In this document: positions 45,302 to 54,593 of the stretch, one piece after another
How positions within the stretch are numbered: the first letter of the stretch is position 1
Layout of the letters: the number at the start of each line of letters is the position of its first letter
From: Candidatus Ozemobacteraceae bacterium
GTDB lineage: Bacteria > Muiribacteriota > Ozemobacteria > Ozemobacterales > Ozemobacteraceae
DNA: 64,000 nucleotides
Direction of reading: 5' to 3'
Assembly (NCBI GenBank): GCA_965140445.1
Contig: OZ223236.1
Coordinates: forward strand, 2,784,001-2,848,000
Notes under the pieces: generated by a model
Told to the model about the DNA's origin: nothing
Databases searched by the model: none
Seen by the model: only the letters and a program-made list of their open reading frames with translations
Program-made: the position numbers and the translations under genes

Positions 45302-48290
45302 ACAGCTCCCATCCTATCCCAGAATCGTTTTTTGTAGCAGCTTTCGCTAGATTAAATTCACCAGTTATTGTTGATCGTGTATTTTCATCAATCAGGATTT
45401 TGCTGGTGCTAAGTTTGGTAAGGCTCTCCAGATTTTCTGCTGTCTGATTGGCATCACTTATTATTACAAAATCCTTACGAGAAGATTTTTGCCCTAGATA
45501 GCCGGTAAGTGCTAAGCCAGAAGCAATTCCAATTCCGTTTTCTATTGTAAATAGTTGTTCTTTTCGCCTTTCAGCATTAAATTTTGCCAATTCTTTTCTC
45601 ATTTTTAGTGCTGCGCGACAGGCTCTTTTTTCTGGTGAGGCTTTTTGCGAATCTTCAGGGTAGAAAGCAGCTGAAATTGCGTCGCCTATCAGTTTCTCAA
45701 TTGAACCATTCTCCGACTTAATAACTTTCTCCATAAGGGTTATGTAAGAGTTAAGTAATTTAACTATTTCTTCAGGAGAATGTTTTTCGCTTAATAATGT
45801 GAAATCTCTGATGTCGGAACTTAATATTGTTATGTTTATCCTGAATGCAAGAACTTCAGAGTTAATATTTCTCCCTGAAGCGATACTTTCAACAAGTTTG
45901 TCAGAAACAAATCTCTGCATTCTTTCTCTTTGCAAAAGGCCGTTTGCCATCTCATTAAAAGAATCTCCCAATTCCTCAAACTCATCACCAGATTTAATTT
46001 CTACAGTGGTTTCAAGGATATTATTTTCAATCTTATTTACTCCCGCTATTAAAGTTTGAACAGGGTTTAAAAAAAAGCACGAAAAAAGCTTTGAAAGAAA
46101 AATAACCGCCAGAATTCCATAAAGAAGCATAAAACCAGGTAAAACCTCCAGGAAAATAGAGGTTCCAATGGTTTTTAAGGTAGTTCCCTCTGCAACAATA
46201 ATCAATGGGTTACTCTCAATAAAAACCCATTGTCGAAGATTAATATTATTGGCTTCTTCTGTTTTTTCGGTACCTGATCCACCTGATCGAAATGCTACTA
46301 GAGCTACACGCCTTAAATCCTTAAAATTAGTTCCATTTTTTGGCCAGGAATCAGTGGATAAACTCGCAAGGTTTCTAAGGAAAACTCCAAAATTAATATT
46401 AAAATCTATTCCATCAGGATAAATGCTTTTTTTTCTTAAATTCTTTCTTAGGAAATCCATCAAACGTCTGTTTTCACCTATTTCATTACATTGGGTGTAA
46501 ACAAAAGCATATGGGGTTTCAGGGGTCTCAGACTTTGCCAAAAATTGAAACACTGCCTTGGGAAGAGGAGAAGGTGCAAAAGCATCCTGAACTACAACAC
46601 TTTCTGCGGCAAAAACCTTTGAGCGCATGAAAATTTTCCAATACGATCCAAAAAGTGAATCTAGCAGGTATAGATCTTTTCGAACTTTTTTAATTGATGG
46701 AGTTTCAATTGGAAGAAGATTCATTCCAGATAAGATTTTAACCATGCTTGCCTGAATAAATCTCAAGTCCCGTTTTCCATTTTCTCCCAATTCTTTACCG
46801 AAATTCCTGCAAATCCCAGAAAAGTTGAAGAAAGTTGCACTGTTGATAAGGCCTAAATTTTGATTTTTTGCAATTTTGTCTTTAACGCTATCTATTTCTA
46901 CCAAAGGGTTCTGAAAAGAATCACACAGGATTTTTTTGTTTTGTAACAATTGAAATGTGTATCTGCTCTGGAATTCATTTATTAGAGCTTTTATATAGCG
47001 CACACCCACATTCATTTTTGTACTGAATTGAGCAATTTTTTCCTTTTTACTGTTTTCAATTAGAGAAAGTGAAGTTCTGAAGATTCCAAAAATCGGAATA
47101 AATATGATTAGAGCGATAGCTAGTTTCATTTTTCCACTAAGGCTAAACGGAAGCGATTCTTGTCTTATTGATCGGTAAATGCCCAAAGTAAATATCAGCA
47201 AAACAGATAACCTTGAAAGCAATATAAGAAAGCTTAAAAAGTTTTTTGAACTTGGGCTAAAGTGCGTGGTAGGGATAAAAACGAATAGCGATTTGTTTTC
47301 TAAACTGTTCAGCTTTTCAGAATTGCTTCTCATTTTTCGATCGGCTATTGCTTGGAGAAAGTCTGAAGTCAAATAAGAGAAATAGAAAATCCCTTTTTCA
47401 GTTTTAAGAAATTTCGGACGATCAAGTCTCTGGTTTACAACTCCTCTTATTATTGAAGGATTTTTTTGTTTTATCGCTTCACGTAAGATTGCAAAGGGTG
47501 AAAGAACAGAACCTTTGAATCCTATGTAATAAAGTCCGTATATTCCAGTCTGGTCATTGGGAAAAGTTTTTTGAACTCTATAAAAGTAATTGTAAGCGTG
47601 TTGAACTCCAAAACGGCTTGAGTAAAATCTGTAGCAAACTCCAGGGAATACTGCGGGGTTGGAGTAAAAAGACAACAGACTGTGGAAAGAGTCGTGAAAC
47701 AAAGAAGCCAGAGTTGCGCCTGGATTAGCCTTTAGAAGATTAAGTCTTTGTTTTCCAATCGATGGGCTTGATTTCAAAATATTTGTTAGATTTCCTTGGT
47801 CAGCTGCCAGATATGAAAGAGAGCAGTTTTCAAATAGTTCTAAAGCTTTATTTTTTACAAATGATTCCTGGTCAAAATATGAAAAAGTTTCTTTCAAGTC
47901 GCAGCTTCCACCTAACAGGAAAAGTGGCTGAATTTTATATTTTTGTTCAAGATACTGTCTGAATTGGAGAAATTTTTCTTTAGTAATTAGTTTTGGGTCA
48001 ACATCCGGCTCAAATAAGAGTTCTCGCCTTCCTTGATCTAATGAAGATAAGCCAAACTCTCTATTCATATCACCAAGAGCATTTTCAATAAATTTTTCAG
48101 GGCTAAGTTTTGTTTGCAGGTCATCCATTTCGAGAAGAAGCAGCTCTCTCGCGTTATTCTCAAGCAATTGTTCTTCTCTGGAAACCTGTTTTTTTACTGA
48201 ATAGGCAAAGAAATATAGGGGCAGAAATGTTATTAGCCCTGCTAAACAGCTGATGAAAAAAATACTCAGTTTATTATTTCGTTTATTCAA
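45288..48290 (-). CDS. membrane HAMP-class III adenylate cyclase, C1-like half (transition-state N/R lost)
   Basis: 4 TM; HAMP (DEFEELGDSFNEMANGL); cyclase domain ILSSDIRDFT / IEKLIGDA / DFVIISDANQTAENLE. Confidence 0.85.
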   Translation of the reverse strand: MNKRNNKLSIFFISCLAGLITFLPLYFFAYSVKKQVSREEQLLENNARELLLLEMDDLQTKLSPEKFIENALGDMNREFGLSSLDQGRRELLFEPDVDPKLITKEKFLQFRQYLEQKYKIQPLFLLGGSCDLKETFSYFDQESFVKNKALELFENCSLSYLAADQGNLTNILKSSPSIGKQRLNLLKANPGATLASLFHDSFHSLLSFYSNPAVFPGVCYRFYSSRFGVQHAYNYFYRVQKTFPNDQTGIYGLYYIGFKGSVLSPFAILREAIKQKNPSIIRGVVNQRLDRPKFLKTEKGIFYFSYLTSDFLQAIADRKMRSNSEKLNSLENKSLFVFIPTTHFSPSSKNFLSFLILLSRLSVLLIFTLGIYRSIRQESLPFSLSGKMKLAIALIIFIPIFGIFRTSLSLIENSKKEKIAQFSTKMNVGVRYIKALINEFQSRYTFQLLQNKKILCDSFQNPLVEIDSVKDKIAKNQNLGLINSATFFNFSGICRNFGKELGENGKRDLRFIQASMVKILSGMNLLPIETPSIKKVRKDLYLLDSLFGSYWKIFMRSKVFAAESVVVQDAFAPSPLPKAVFQFLAKSETPETPYAFVYTQCNEIGENRRLMDFLRKNLRKKSIYPDGIDFNINFGVFLRNLASLSTDSWPKNGTNFKDLRRVALVAFRSGGSGTEKTEEANNINLRQWVFIESNPLIIVAEGTTLKTIGTSIFLEVLPGFMLLYGILAVIFLSKLFSCFFLNPVQTLIAGVNKIENNILETTVEIKSGDEFEELGDSFNEMANGLLQRERMQRFVSDKLVESIASGRNINSEVLAFRINITILSSDIRDFTLLSEKHSPEEIVKLLNSYITLMEKVIKSENGSIEKLIGDAISAAFYPEDSQKASPEKRACRAALKMRKELAKFNAERRKEQLFTIENGIGIASGLALTGYLGQKSSRKDFVIISDANQTAENLESLTKLSTSKILIDENTRSTITGEFNLAKAATKNDSGIGWELFDEK

Positions 48291-48351
48291 ATTATTTCCG
48301 GGTTGCCTATAGCAAAAAGTCTTAACTAAACGTTACAATTTTAACTGAAGT

Positions 48352-49149
48352 ATGAATAGATTTAAGATTTTTTTTCTTATAAGTTTACTGCTTTTTCTGC
48401 ACAGTCCCTCTTTTGGGCTGGAGCAGATTTATACTGTGGGAAGCAGCTCAGTAATTGCTGTTTCAGAACCTTTGGAATTGAATTTCGATTCAGAAACTCT
48501 TGGCCGATTTACCGGTAAAATTGTTACTCCAAGACATCTATTCGTTGATTCCGGGGGCAAACGAGAGATTATACCTTTGCAGACCAGCGCTATAAGTGAA
48601 GCTTTCGTAAGATTTGCCAAATTTGATAAAAATACTCTTATTAGCTTACCCAAGCTTTTATTAAGCCCTTGGACTCTTTTTGATGAAGCCTTTTTGCGGA
48701 AACATTTGCTATTTCTTTTTGAAGGATTGGCCTTACTCTTATGGGCTATCAGCTTGCTGATCAGAACGGACTCAAGAACCGTGGATTCTTTGAAAAAACA
48801 CTTTGTAGCATGTATTGCTAAGGGATTTTTTGTTTTATCACTGTTAATTTTAGCCTCTGGATTTCTTTTGAAATCAATAATAGGCTCACCTCTAGCCGCT
48901 ATTATTCTGCTGTCGCTGATGTTTGGTCAGCTATATTTCATTTCCATCGTAAATCGGTCCTTATTTGTGATTTATTTCAAACAAAGCCATTTCATGGCAA
49001 GGGCAACTTTTTTACTAATATTTGCTCATGTAAGCATTGCTCTTTTATTTCTACCGGTGGTGGGAATATTGTTCTCAGTGTTCTTTCTTGTGCCCGGCTT
49101 GGGCGCTTTTGTAGAAAATCAGGAAGTTGATTCGGGAGGAAACAAATGA
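48352..49149 (+). CDS. hypothetical membrane protein (signal peptide plus about 5 C-terminal TM)
   Basis: Hydrophobic C-terminal half (SIIGSPL...LFLPVVG...GLGA); ATGA-coupled to the next gene. Confidence 0.7.
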   Translation: MNRFKIFFLISLLLFLHSPSFGLEQIYTVGSSSVIAVSEPLELNFDSETLGRFTGKIVTPRHLFVDSGGKREIIPLQTSAISEAFVRFAKFDKNTLISLPKLLLSPWTLFDEAFLRKHLLFLFEGLALLLWAISLLIRTDSRTVDSLKKHFVACIAKGFFVLSLLILASGFLLKSIIGSPLAAIILLSLMFGQLYFISIVNRSLFVIYFKQSHFMARATFLLIFAHVSIALLFLPVVGILFSVFFLVPGLGAFVENQEVDSGGNK

Positions 49150-49751
49150 AAAATTCAATTCGTGGTCTTTGTTATCTTGCGGTAATTACCGTGCTCATGT
49201 TCTCTTCGTCGCTTTACGCTGAAGAAGGTGCTGAATTAAATTTGATGAATTTTGGGAAAATTCTGGCCCATAACTTTAGTCCATCACAAACTCTTGGAAA
49301 CCCCGTTGAAGTAGGAAACTATATCGTAATTCCTATCGTATGCAAAGGCATGGGGTTTGGAATGGGCGAAAAACAGGAAGGAAAGAACAGTTCTTCAAAT
49401 AAGGACAAAGATGGAGCAAAAAACGCAATTCAAAAAGATCGTGCTGGTCTTGGTGGTGGTGGATTCATTAAACCAATAGCTTTGATTATGATCGATAAAA
49501 ATAAAGGCGATTATAAACTTATAAAGCTGAATGAGGGCATAGTCAGCCAGATGGCAAAGCATCTTGTTCCCCAGATGACTAAAATGTTCGAAAAACTAAT
49601 CGAATTCAAAATGCAGGCCAGAAAAAAAATGGCTAAAAAACACAGACAGCAGAAACAAAAAATTCGAGAAAAAAAGCAGCAGATGAAAAAACAAATCATC
49701 CTCGAAAAAGAAAACAAAGCAAAAAAAGAAGCAAATGCGCCAAAACAGTAA
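49146..49751 (+). CDS. YtfJ/GerW-family protein with signal peptide and basic tail
   Basis: LGNPVEVG...IPI...GFGMG...GLGGGGFIKPIALI is the YtfJ signature pattern. Confidence 0.72.
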   Translation: MKNSIRGLCYLAVITVLMFSSSLYAEEGAELNLMNFGKILAHNFSPSQTLGNPVEVGNYIVIPIVCKGMGFGMGEKQEGKNSSSNKDKDGAKNAIQKDRAGLGGGGFIKPIALIMIDKNKGDYKLIKLNEGIVSQMAKHLVPQMTKMFEKLIEFKMQARKKMAKKHRQQKQKIREKKQQMKKQIILEKENKAKKEANAPKQ

Positions 49752-49788
49752 AGATATTGTAAAATAATTTTTTGTGGAGCTTTAGTTG

Positions 49789-49819
49789 AAGGGGCTGTCT
49801 TAAAGGGCAGCCCCTTTTT
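49789..49819 (+). terminator. intrinsic terminator
   Basis: AAGGGGCTGTCT-TAAA-GGGCAGCCCCTT-TTT. Confidence 0.85.
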
Positions 49820-49857
49820 ATGCAAATTTGGAAAGAGTTTGCACCTCAAATACACTC

Positions 49858-49886
49858 TTGCTGCATTGATAGTTAATTCTTATAAT
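49858..49886 (+). promoter_or_regulatory. putative sigma70 promoter
   Basis: TTGCTG-N17-TATAAT upstream of the ATG at 49919. Confidence 0.5.
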
Positions 49887-49918
49887 TAAAAAATATATTT
49901 ACAAGTTGAGTAATTAAA

Positions 49919-51247
49919 ATGAAAAATAGCTTGAAATTTGTTCTGCGGTTAACTCTTGCAGCAATGCTGTTTTTTGTCCTTTTACCTGCGTTGGCAGGCC
50001 CGACTTTATCCAATGGACAAAAAGCTTATATTGGTCAGAATTTTACCATTTCCATGTTAGGCACCAGAAAAGCTAAACACGATGAATTGCGTTCCTTTGC
50101 AAAACAAGTCCAGGCAATCAGGAAAGTTGAAAAGGTTTTAATTTCCTGGGGAATTGATATGAGTCGAAAGGTTCATTTCAGATATTATACTGATACAGAC
50201 TTTCCTGCGAAGGATATGTGGTTATCAGCTGGAATCAATCCTGACAGCAAAGCTTTTGATAAATATGAAGAAGATATTGGTATGGTTTTCGCCAGCATGT
50301 CAGGCTATGAGTTCGCTCACATGGCTGATGAGGCTAATGACAAGTATTTTTTCACCAACCCTTTTTCTGATTATCTAAGCCGAAAATATTACGTTAATCC
50401 TCGTAAGATCAGTGGTCAGGCAATGACAGACGTTTTGGAAATAGTAAAAAAAGAAAGAAATCGCATGGAAACAGATCTTTCCAAGCCAGTTGGAAAGCAA
50501 CTCAAAGATTACATGATTTTTGAGGATGCAGCCTATTCACCAGATAAAGGAGTGCTTTGGGTTCCAATAAAAAACCCGGCTACTTTGCATCGCTATCTTG
50601 AAACTGCTGTTCATGAGTATGGGCACCATGCCTTTAATAATTTAACCAGGCAGATTCTAAATAAGTATTATAAAAAAAGAAAATGGACCAATAGCCAGAT
50701 ATTTTTTGTCAGTCAGAACATTCTTGCTGTGAATGAATTTTTCGCTGACTATGTTGCTGTTAGCAATGGTTATAACACCAACTTAAATGTACATAATTGG
50801 AAATCTGCTCCCAAAGATGTAAAAAGAGTTTTTAGTCAAAAAAGAACCTTGAAAGATCATATGGACGGAATTCGCAATGGAAACAAATCCCTTAAATGGT
50901 ATTTGAGCGAAGGGCATAACTCTCTTAACCCGATGAGGTCGTTTGTATGGAAGTTGCGACTTGCGATTGGCGAAAGAGAAACTGATCAGTTGGTTGTTGA
51001 TGCAGTTAAAGCCCATATTTACAACTTTTATGTTTTGGAGATTCCAAAACTAAAGCGTGTCAGACTAACCAATAAGGGATGGGGCTGTTTCACTGTTAAG
51101 GGATACAAAACTGATGCAGAGACAGAAAACCTTCGTTTCTTGAAGTTGATGCAAAAGGCAGCAGATAAGCGTCTAAGCAAAGAAAATAAAGCAAAATTTG
51201 CTACAGAGGCCAGCAAAATTTTTGAAGGGTATTACCCCTTAAAGTAA
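49919..51247 (+). CDS. exported gluzincin-type zinc metallopeptidase-like protein
   Basis: Signal peptide; AVHEYGHH (HExxH) and downstream AVNEFFADY (third ligand, NExxAD). Confidence 0.72.
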   Translation: MKNSLKFVLRLTLAAMLFFVLLPALAGPTLSNGQKAYIGQNFTISMLGTRKAKHDELRSFAKQVQAIRKVEKVLISWGIDMSRKVHFRYYTDTDFPAKDMWLSAGINPDSKAFDKYEEDIGMVFASMSGYEFAHMADEANDKYFFTNPFSDYLSRKYYVNPRKISGQAMTDVLEIVKKERNRMETDLSKPVGKQLKDYMIFEDAAYSPDKGVLWVPIKNPATLHRYLETAVHEYGHHAFNNLTRQILNKYYKKRKWTNSQIFFVSQNILAVNEFFADYVAVSNGYNTNLNVHNWKSAPKDVKRVFSQKRTLKDHMDGIRNGNKSLKWYLSEGHNSLNPMRSFVWKLRLAIGERETDQLVVDAVKAHIYNFYVLEIPKLKRVRLTNKGWGCFTVKGYKTDAETENLRFLKLMQKAADKRLSKENKAKFATEASKIFEGYYPLK

Positions 51248-51261
51248 GACGATTAAATAAT

Positions 51262-51301
51262 AAAAACCGAAGTTGTTGGATTCAGACGACTTCGGTTTTT
51301 T
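51262..51301 (+). terminator. intrinsic terminator
   Basis: AAAAACCGAAGTTGTT-loop-GACGACTTCGGTTTTTT. Confidence 0.85.
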
Positions 51302-51420
51302 CGTTTGTGGTGAACTTGGAAAATTTATTATTTCAGAGGCCACAGCCTGGTGTTTTACTGATTCCTTATGAAAAAAAAAAAAGGCCTGGAGTATTATGAA
51401 AAAAATTATTCAAATGGTGA

Positions 51421-52005
51421 ATGGCATTGGAAGAGCTTAAAGATTTTTCCAACAAATCAAAACAAGTAAAAGTAGATTTAAGAACCGGGATTGAAAAAAT
51501 CTTGTTCACCTGCTGTATTGCTAGTTTGTTAGCAGCTTTTGGTGGTTTTTTTCATTTTATGAATGGCTATGGAACAATGCCTTTGAAAGTTACTTGCATT
51601 GTTTTATTGATTTGTATTTTTTGTTACATGGTAACAGACAATTTTTTGGTTCTTGATCTGGTTAATCAACGGCTTGTTTATCATTTTAGATTTCTAACTT
51701 ATGCAAAGATAAGAAAAGTAGCGGATTTTTCACAAATCCATGCAGTTATTGTAAATATGGATTACTATCGAGCAAAAGGGGAACGTGGTTTTTTCCGTTA
51801 TTGGACAGAAATTGTTTTCTCAAATGGCAGGACTTTGGCAATGACAGATCGCATTCGGGAAGATAAGGTTATGCCCCAAACTTTGGCGAAAATTATTGCG
51901 GATAATTCCGATGCAGAATATGTGCAAGATATCCATACAACCAATGCGATAGTAGTAAAAAAGCCAAATGGTCGGTATAGTTTTGCAAAGAAGCCAGAGC
52001 CCTAA
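51421..52005 (+). CDS. hypothetical membrane protein, tandem paralog 1 (2 TM plus beta-rich domain); true start may be TTG 51427
   Basis: Aligns end to end with 52093-52758 (RTGIE, VLDL, ADFS.IHAV, RGFF.YWTE, AEYVQD, KPNGRYSF). Confidence 0.78.
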   Translation: MALEELKDFSNKSKQVKVDLRTGIEKILFTCCIASLLAAFGGFFHFMNGYGTMPLKVTCIVLLICIFCYMVTDNFLVLDLVNQRLVYHFRFLTYAKIRKVADFSQIHAVIVNMDYYRAKGERGFFRYWTEIVFSNGRTLAMTDRIREDKVMPQTLAKIIADNSDAEYVQDIHTTNAIVVKKPNGRYSFAKKPEP

Positions 52006-52092
52006 AGGACTTTGAATTAAGCTTTTTGATTTTCAATGAAATAGAAAAAATCTTAGAGTATCATTATAAAAAAATTAAAATGGTGAGTAGCA

Positions 52093-52758
52093 TTGGAAGC
52101 GTTTAATAAATTGTCAGATGATAAAAAAGTAGTGAAGTCCCAAGTTAGGACGGGGGTTGAGCGATTTTTCCTGGTGGGAATCATCCTCAGTTTGCTGGCA
52201 ACATTTTTTATATTCTTTAGTCTTAGACATGGAGGGGTTCCTCTAAGGGTTTCAACATTTACTCTTCTTTGTTTCATTTTGCTTTATAGGTTTACCAGCG
52301 GGCACTATGTGCTTGATCTAATCAACAAAAATCTTCGTTTTCATTTTGCGTTTTTTGGTTTTTCCTGGACTAGAGATATTGCTGATTTTTCTATGATTCA
52401 TGCTGTAACTGTTAATACTGATCATTATAAATCAAGGGGTGGGGGACGTGGATTTTTTGATTACTGGACAGAGGTAGTTCTGGCAGATGGCAAGGTCATT
52501 GCTATTTCTGAGCGTATTCAAAATGACAAGACTATGCCTACAGCTCTTGCAAAAATTGTTGCTGCCAATTCATCTGCTGAATATGTTCAAGACCTGCATA
52601 TAACCAATGCAAAAGTCATCAGAAAACCAAATGGCCGTTATTCCTTTTCAAGAAAAGAAGATAACAAAGACCCAGAGCTGGTAGCAAAGATTTTTGCTAT
52701 GCTTTTTTTGATTTTCTGTGTGAGTATGGTTGGCGCATTTATGTACAAGAACTGGTAA
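52093..52758 (+). CDS. hypothetical membrane protein, tandem paralog 2 (extra C-terminal TM)
   Basis: As above; TTG start 6 nt after a GGTGA SD. Confidence 0.78.
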   Translation: MEAFNKLSDDKKVVKSQVRTGVERFFLVGIILSLLATFFIFFSLRHGGVPLRVSTFTLLCFILLYRFTSGHYVLDLINKNLRFHFAFFGFSWTRDIADFSMIHAVTVNTDHYKSRGGGRGFFDYWTEVVLADGKVIAISERIQNDKTMPTALAKIVAANSSAEYVQDLHITNAKVIRKPNGRYSFSRKEDNKDPELVAKIFAMLFLIFCVSMVGAFMYKNW

Positions 52759-52857
52759 AAGCGTTTTTTGTCCCAAAACCAGAAATCATTAGAACTACAA
52801 AAAATTACTTTTGGGGTGTTTGTCTAATTATTATTAAAAGCTTTTGATATGAAGCTC

Positions 52858-53694
52858 CTAGTCTAAAAATTGTTTTCTAACCCTTGATATTGAAACCAAA
52901 ATATCATCTTCGCCGACTTTATCACTATCTCCGTAATTTGTTTGCAAAATCTTTTCTACTGGATCAAAGATTCCGTTTTTCCCAGCTGATTGAATATATA
53001 TGTTTTTTTCATGGGCAAAATATCTGAATGGCTTATCCCACAAGTCACACATGTAATCAATGGGCTCTCCGTCAAGATATGGCCCTTTCCAGCGTTTTAA
53101 ATATGCTTCCTTTTCAAGACCAAGATATTTAAAACCAGGAATCTCATCTGAATAAAGGCAATTGGTAGAGGTTGCAGACCCCAGGGCGCTGGCAATATTC
53201 ATTTTATAGGCAGATTTAAGGTTTTTGTTTGTTCCAGCAAAAGGAAAGCTTCCTAAATCCGCTTTATAATTAAGCATAGCAGATTTTAAGTTAGACATTC
53301 GGCTTTTGGTCCAGCTATGTGGGTGTCCGGTGCAGATAAATCCTGTGGTTGAAACTGTAGGTCCTAATTGGTTTAATCCAATGTAAAATCCAATAAAACC
53401 AACCACAGTTAAAAGAATGTTTAATTTTTTTCTTTCTTGCTTATCTTTAGCTTGTTTAAGGGCAAAATTTATTGGTAATTCAAAAGCCAGTATTACAAAT
53501 AGCGCCAACAGAGATATTGTTACTGCATTAATGACAAAATCCGAAGTTTCAGATATATCAAATAGAGAAGGACCAGTTTCTACAATAAATTTTCGAATTG
53601 TAAATAAATATATTGAACCTTCTAGAAATAAGGTCGGTAAAATCAGAAAATAGGCAAAAATTCCCAACGATAATAACAAAAGTCTTTTTTTCAC
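52858..53694 (-). CDS. 3-TM membrane protein with C-terminal GspG/T2SSG-like domain, paralog 1
   Basis: LKSAMLNYKADLGSFP...RWKGPYLD...DLWDKPFRY...SAGKNG...DDI. Confidence 0.75.
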   Translation of the reverse strand: MKKRLLLLSLGIFAYFLILPTLFLEGSIYLFTIRKFIVETGPSLFDISETSDFVINAVTISLLALFVILAFELPINFALKQAKDKQERKKLNILLTVVGFIGFYIGLNQLGPTVSTTGFICTGHPHSWTKSRMSNLKSAMLNYKADLGSFPFAGTNKNLKSAYKMNIASALGSATSTNCLYSDEIPGFKYLGLEKEAYLKRWKGPYLDGEPIDYMCDLWDKPFRYFAHEKNIYIQSAGKNGIFDPVEKILQTNYGDSDKVGEDDILVSISRVRKQFLD

Positions 53695-53762
53695 TTTTTT
53701 CCTATTCCTTGTAAAAATTCTTTGTAATAGAGATTTAATAATCGAATCTCATTCATAGTGTT

Positions 53763-54593
53763 TTAAAACTCAGTTTCAGAGGCTATGAAAGGTTTTCTGA
53801 CCCTTGCAATCTCAATAAAAATATCATCCCCAAGCTCATTCTCTAAATAGTTCTCATCCAATACTTTCTCTATGGGATCAAATTGCTCATCAGGCCCTGA
53901 AGATTGCAAAAATATCGTTTTTCCATAAGCAAAATACTTAAATGGTTCGCCCCATGCATCGCACATGAAGTCTTCTGGCTCGCCATCCATGTATGGTCCT
54001 TTCCAGCGCCTCATGTATTTTTCTTTTTCCATACCTAAATACTCAAATCCCTCAACTTCATCCATGGCCAGGCAATTTGTTCCACTTGATAGGCCTAAAA
54101 ACGAGGAAGTATTGTCGTTATAAGCGCTCAAAAGATTTTTAGTTCCTCCAGAGTGTGGATAATGACTAAGATCCGCATTGTAATTTCCAAGAGCGGTTTT
54201 TAAACATGACATATGGCTTTTAGTTGCGCTCGTGCGCGAGTGTCCTTCTACGTATGTAAAACTGCTTAAGTAACTTAAATTAGCTGCAGACCCTAAAATA
54301 ATTGACAAGAATCCTCCAATGAAAAAAGAAAAACTTCGAAATCCCGAGAATTCAGTTTTTCCTGATTTCAAAATATAAGTTAAAGACTTCTTTGTAGCAT
54401 TATATGCAACGAGCAAAAAGAAGGCTCCAATTATTACTTTTGCAAAGATCATAAGGGTTGGAAGACCATTAAATGCACTGGGTAAAAACGCATTAGTAAA
54501 CCAAAGAAAAAACATTAAATGTAATAGCCAGAGAAAAGGCAAAGCAAAAACAAAAGAACAAAAAGATATTAAAACAAAAATTTTGTTTTTCAT
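53763..54593 (-). CDS. 3-TM membrane protein with C-terminal GspG/T2SSG-like domain, paralog 2
   Basis: LKTALGNYNADLSHYP...RWKGPYMD...DAWGEPFKY...SSGPDE...DDI. Confidence 0.75.
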   Translation of the reverse strand: MKNKIFVLISFCSFVFALPFLWLLHLMFFLWFTNAFLPSAFNGLPTLMIFAKVIIGAFFLLVAYNATKKSLTYILKSGKTEFSGFRSFSFFIGGFLSIILGSAANLSYLSSFTYVEGHSRTSATKSHMSCLKTALGNYNADLSHYPHSGGTKNLLSAYNDNTSSFLGLSSGTNCLAMDEVEGFEYLGMEKEKYMRRWKGPYMDGEPEDFMCDAWGEPFKYFAYGKTIFLQSSGPDEQFDPIEKVLDENYLENELGDDIFIEIARVRKPFIASETEF

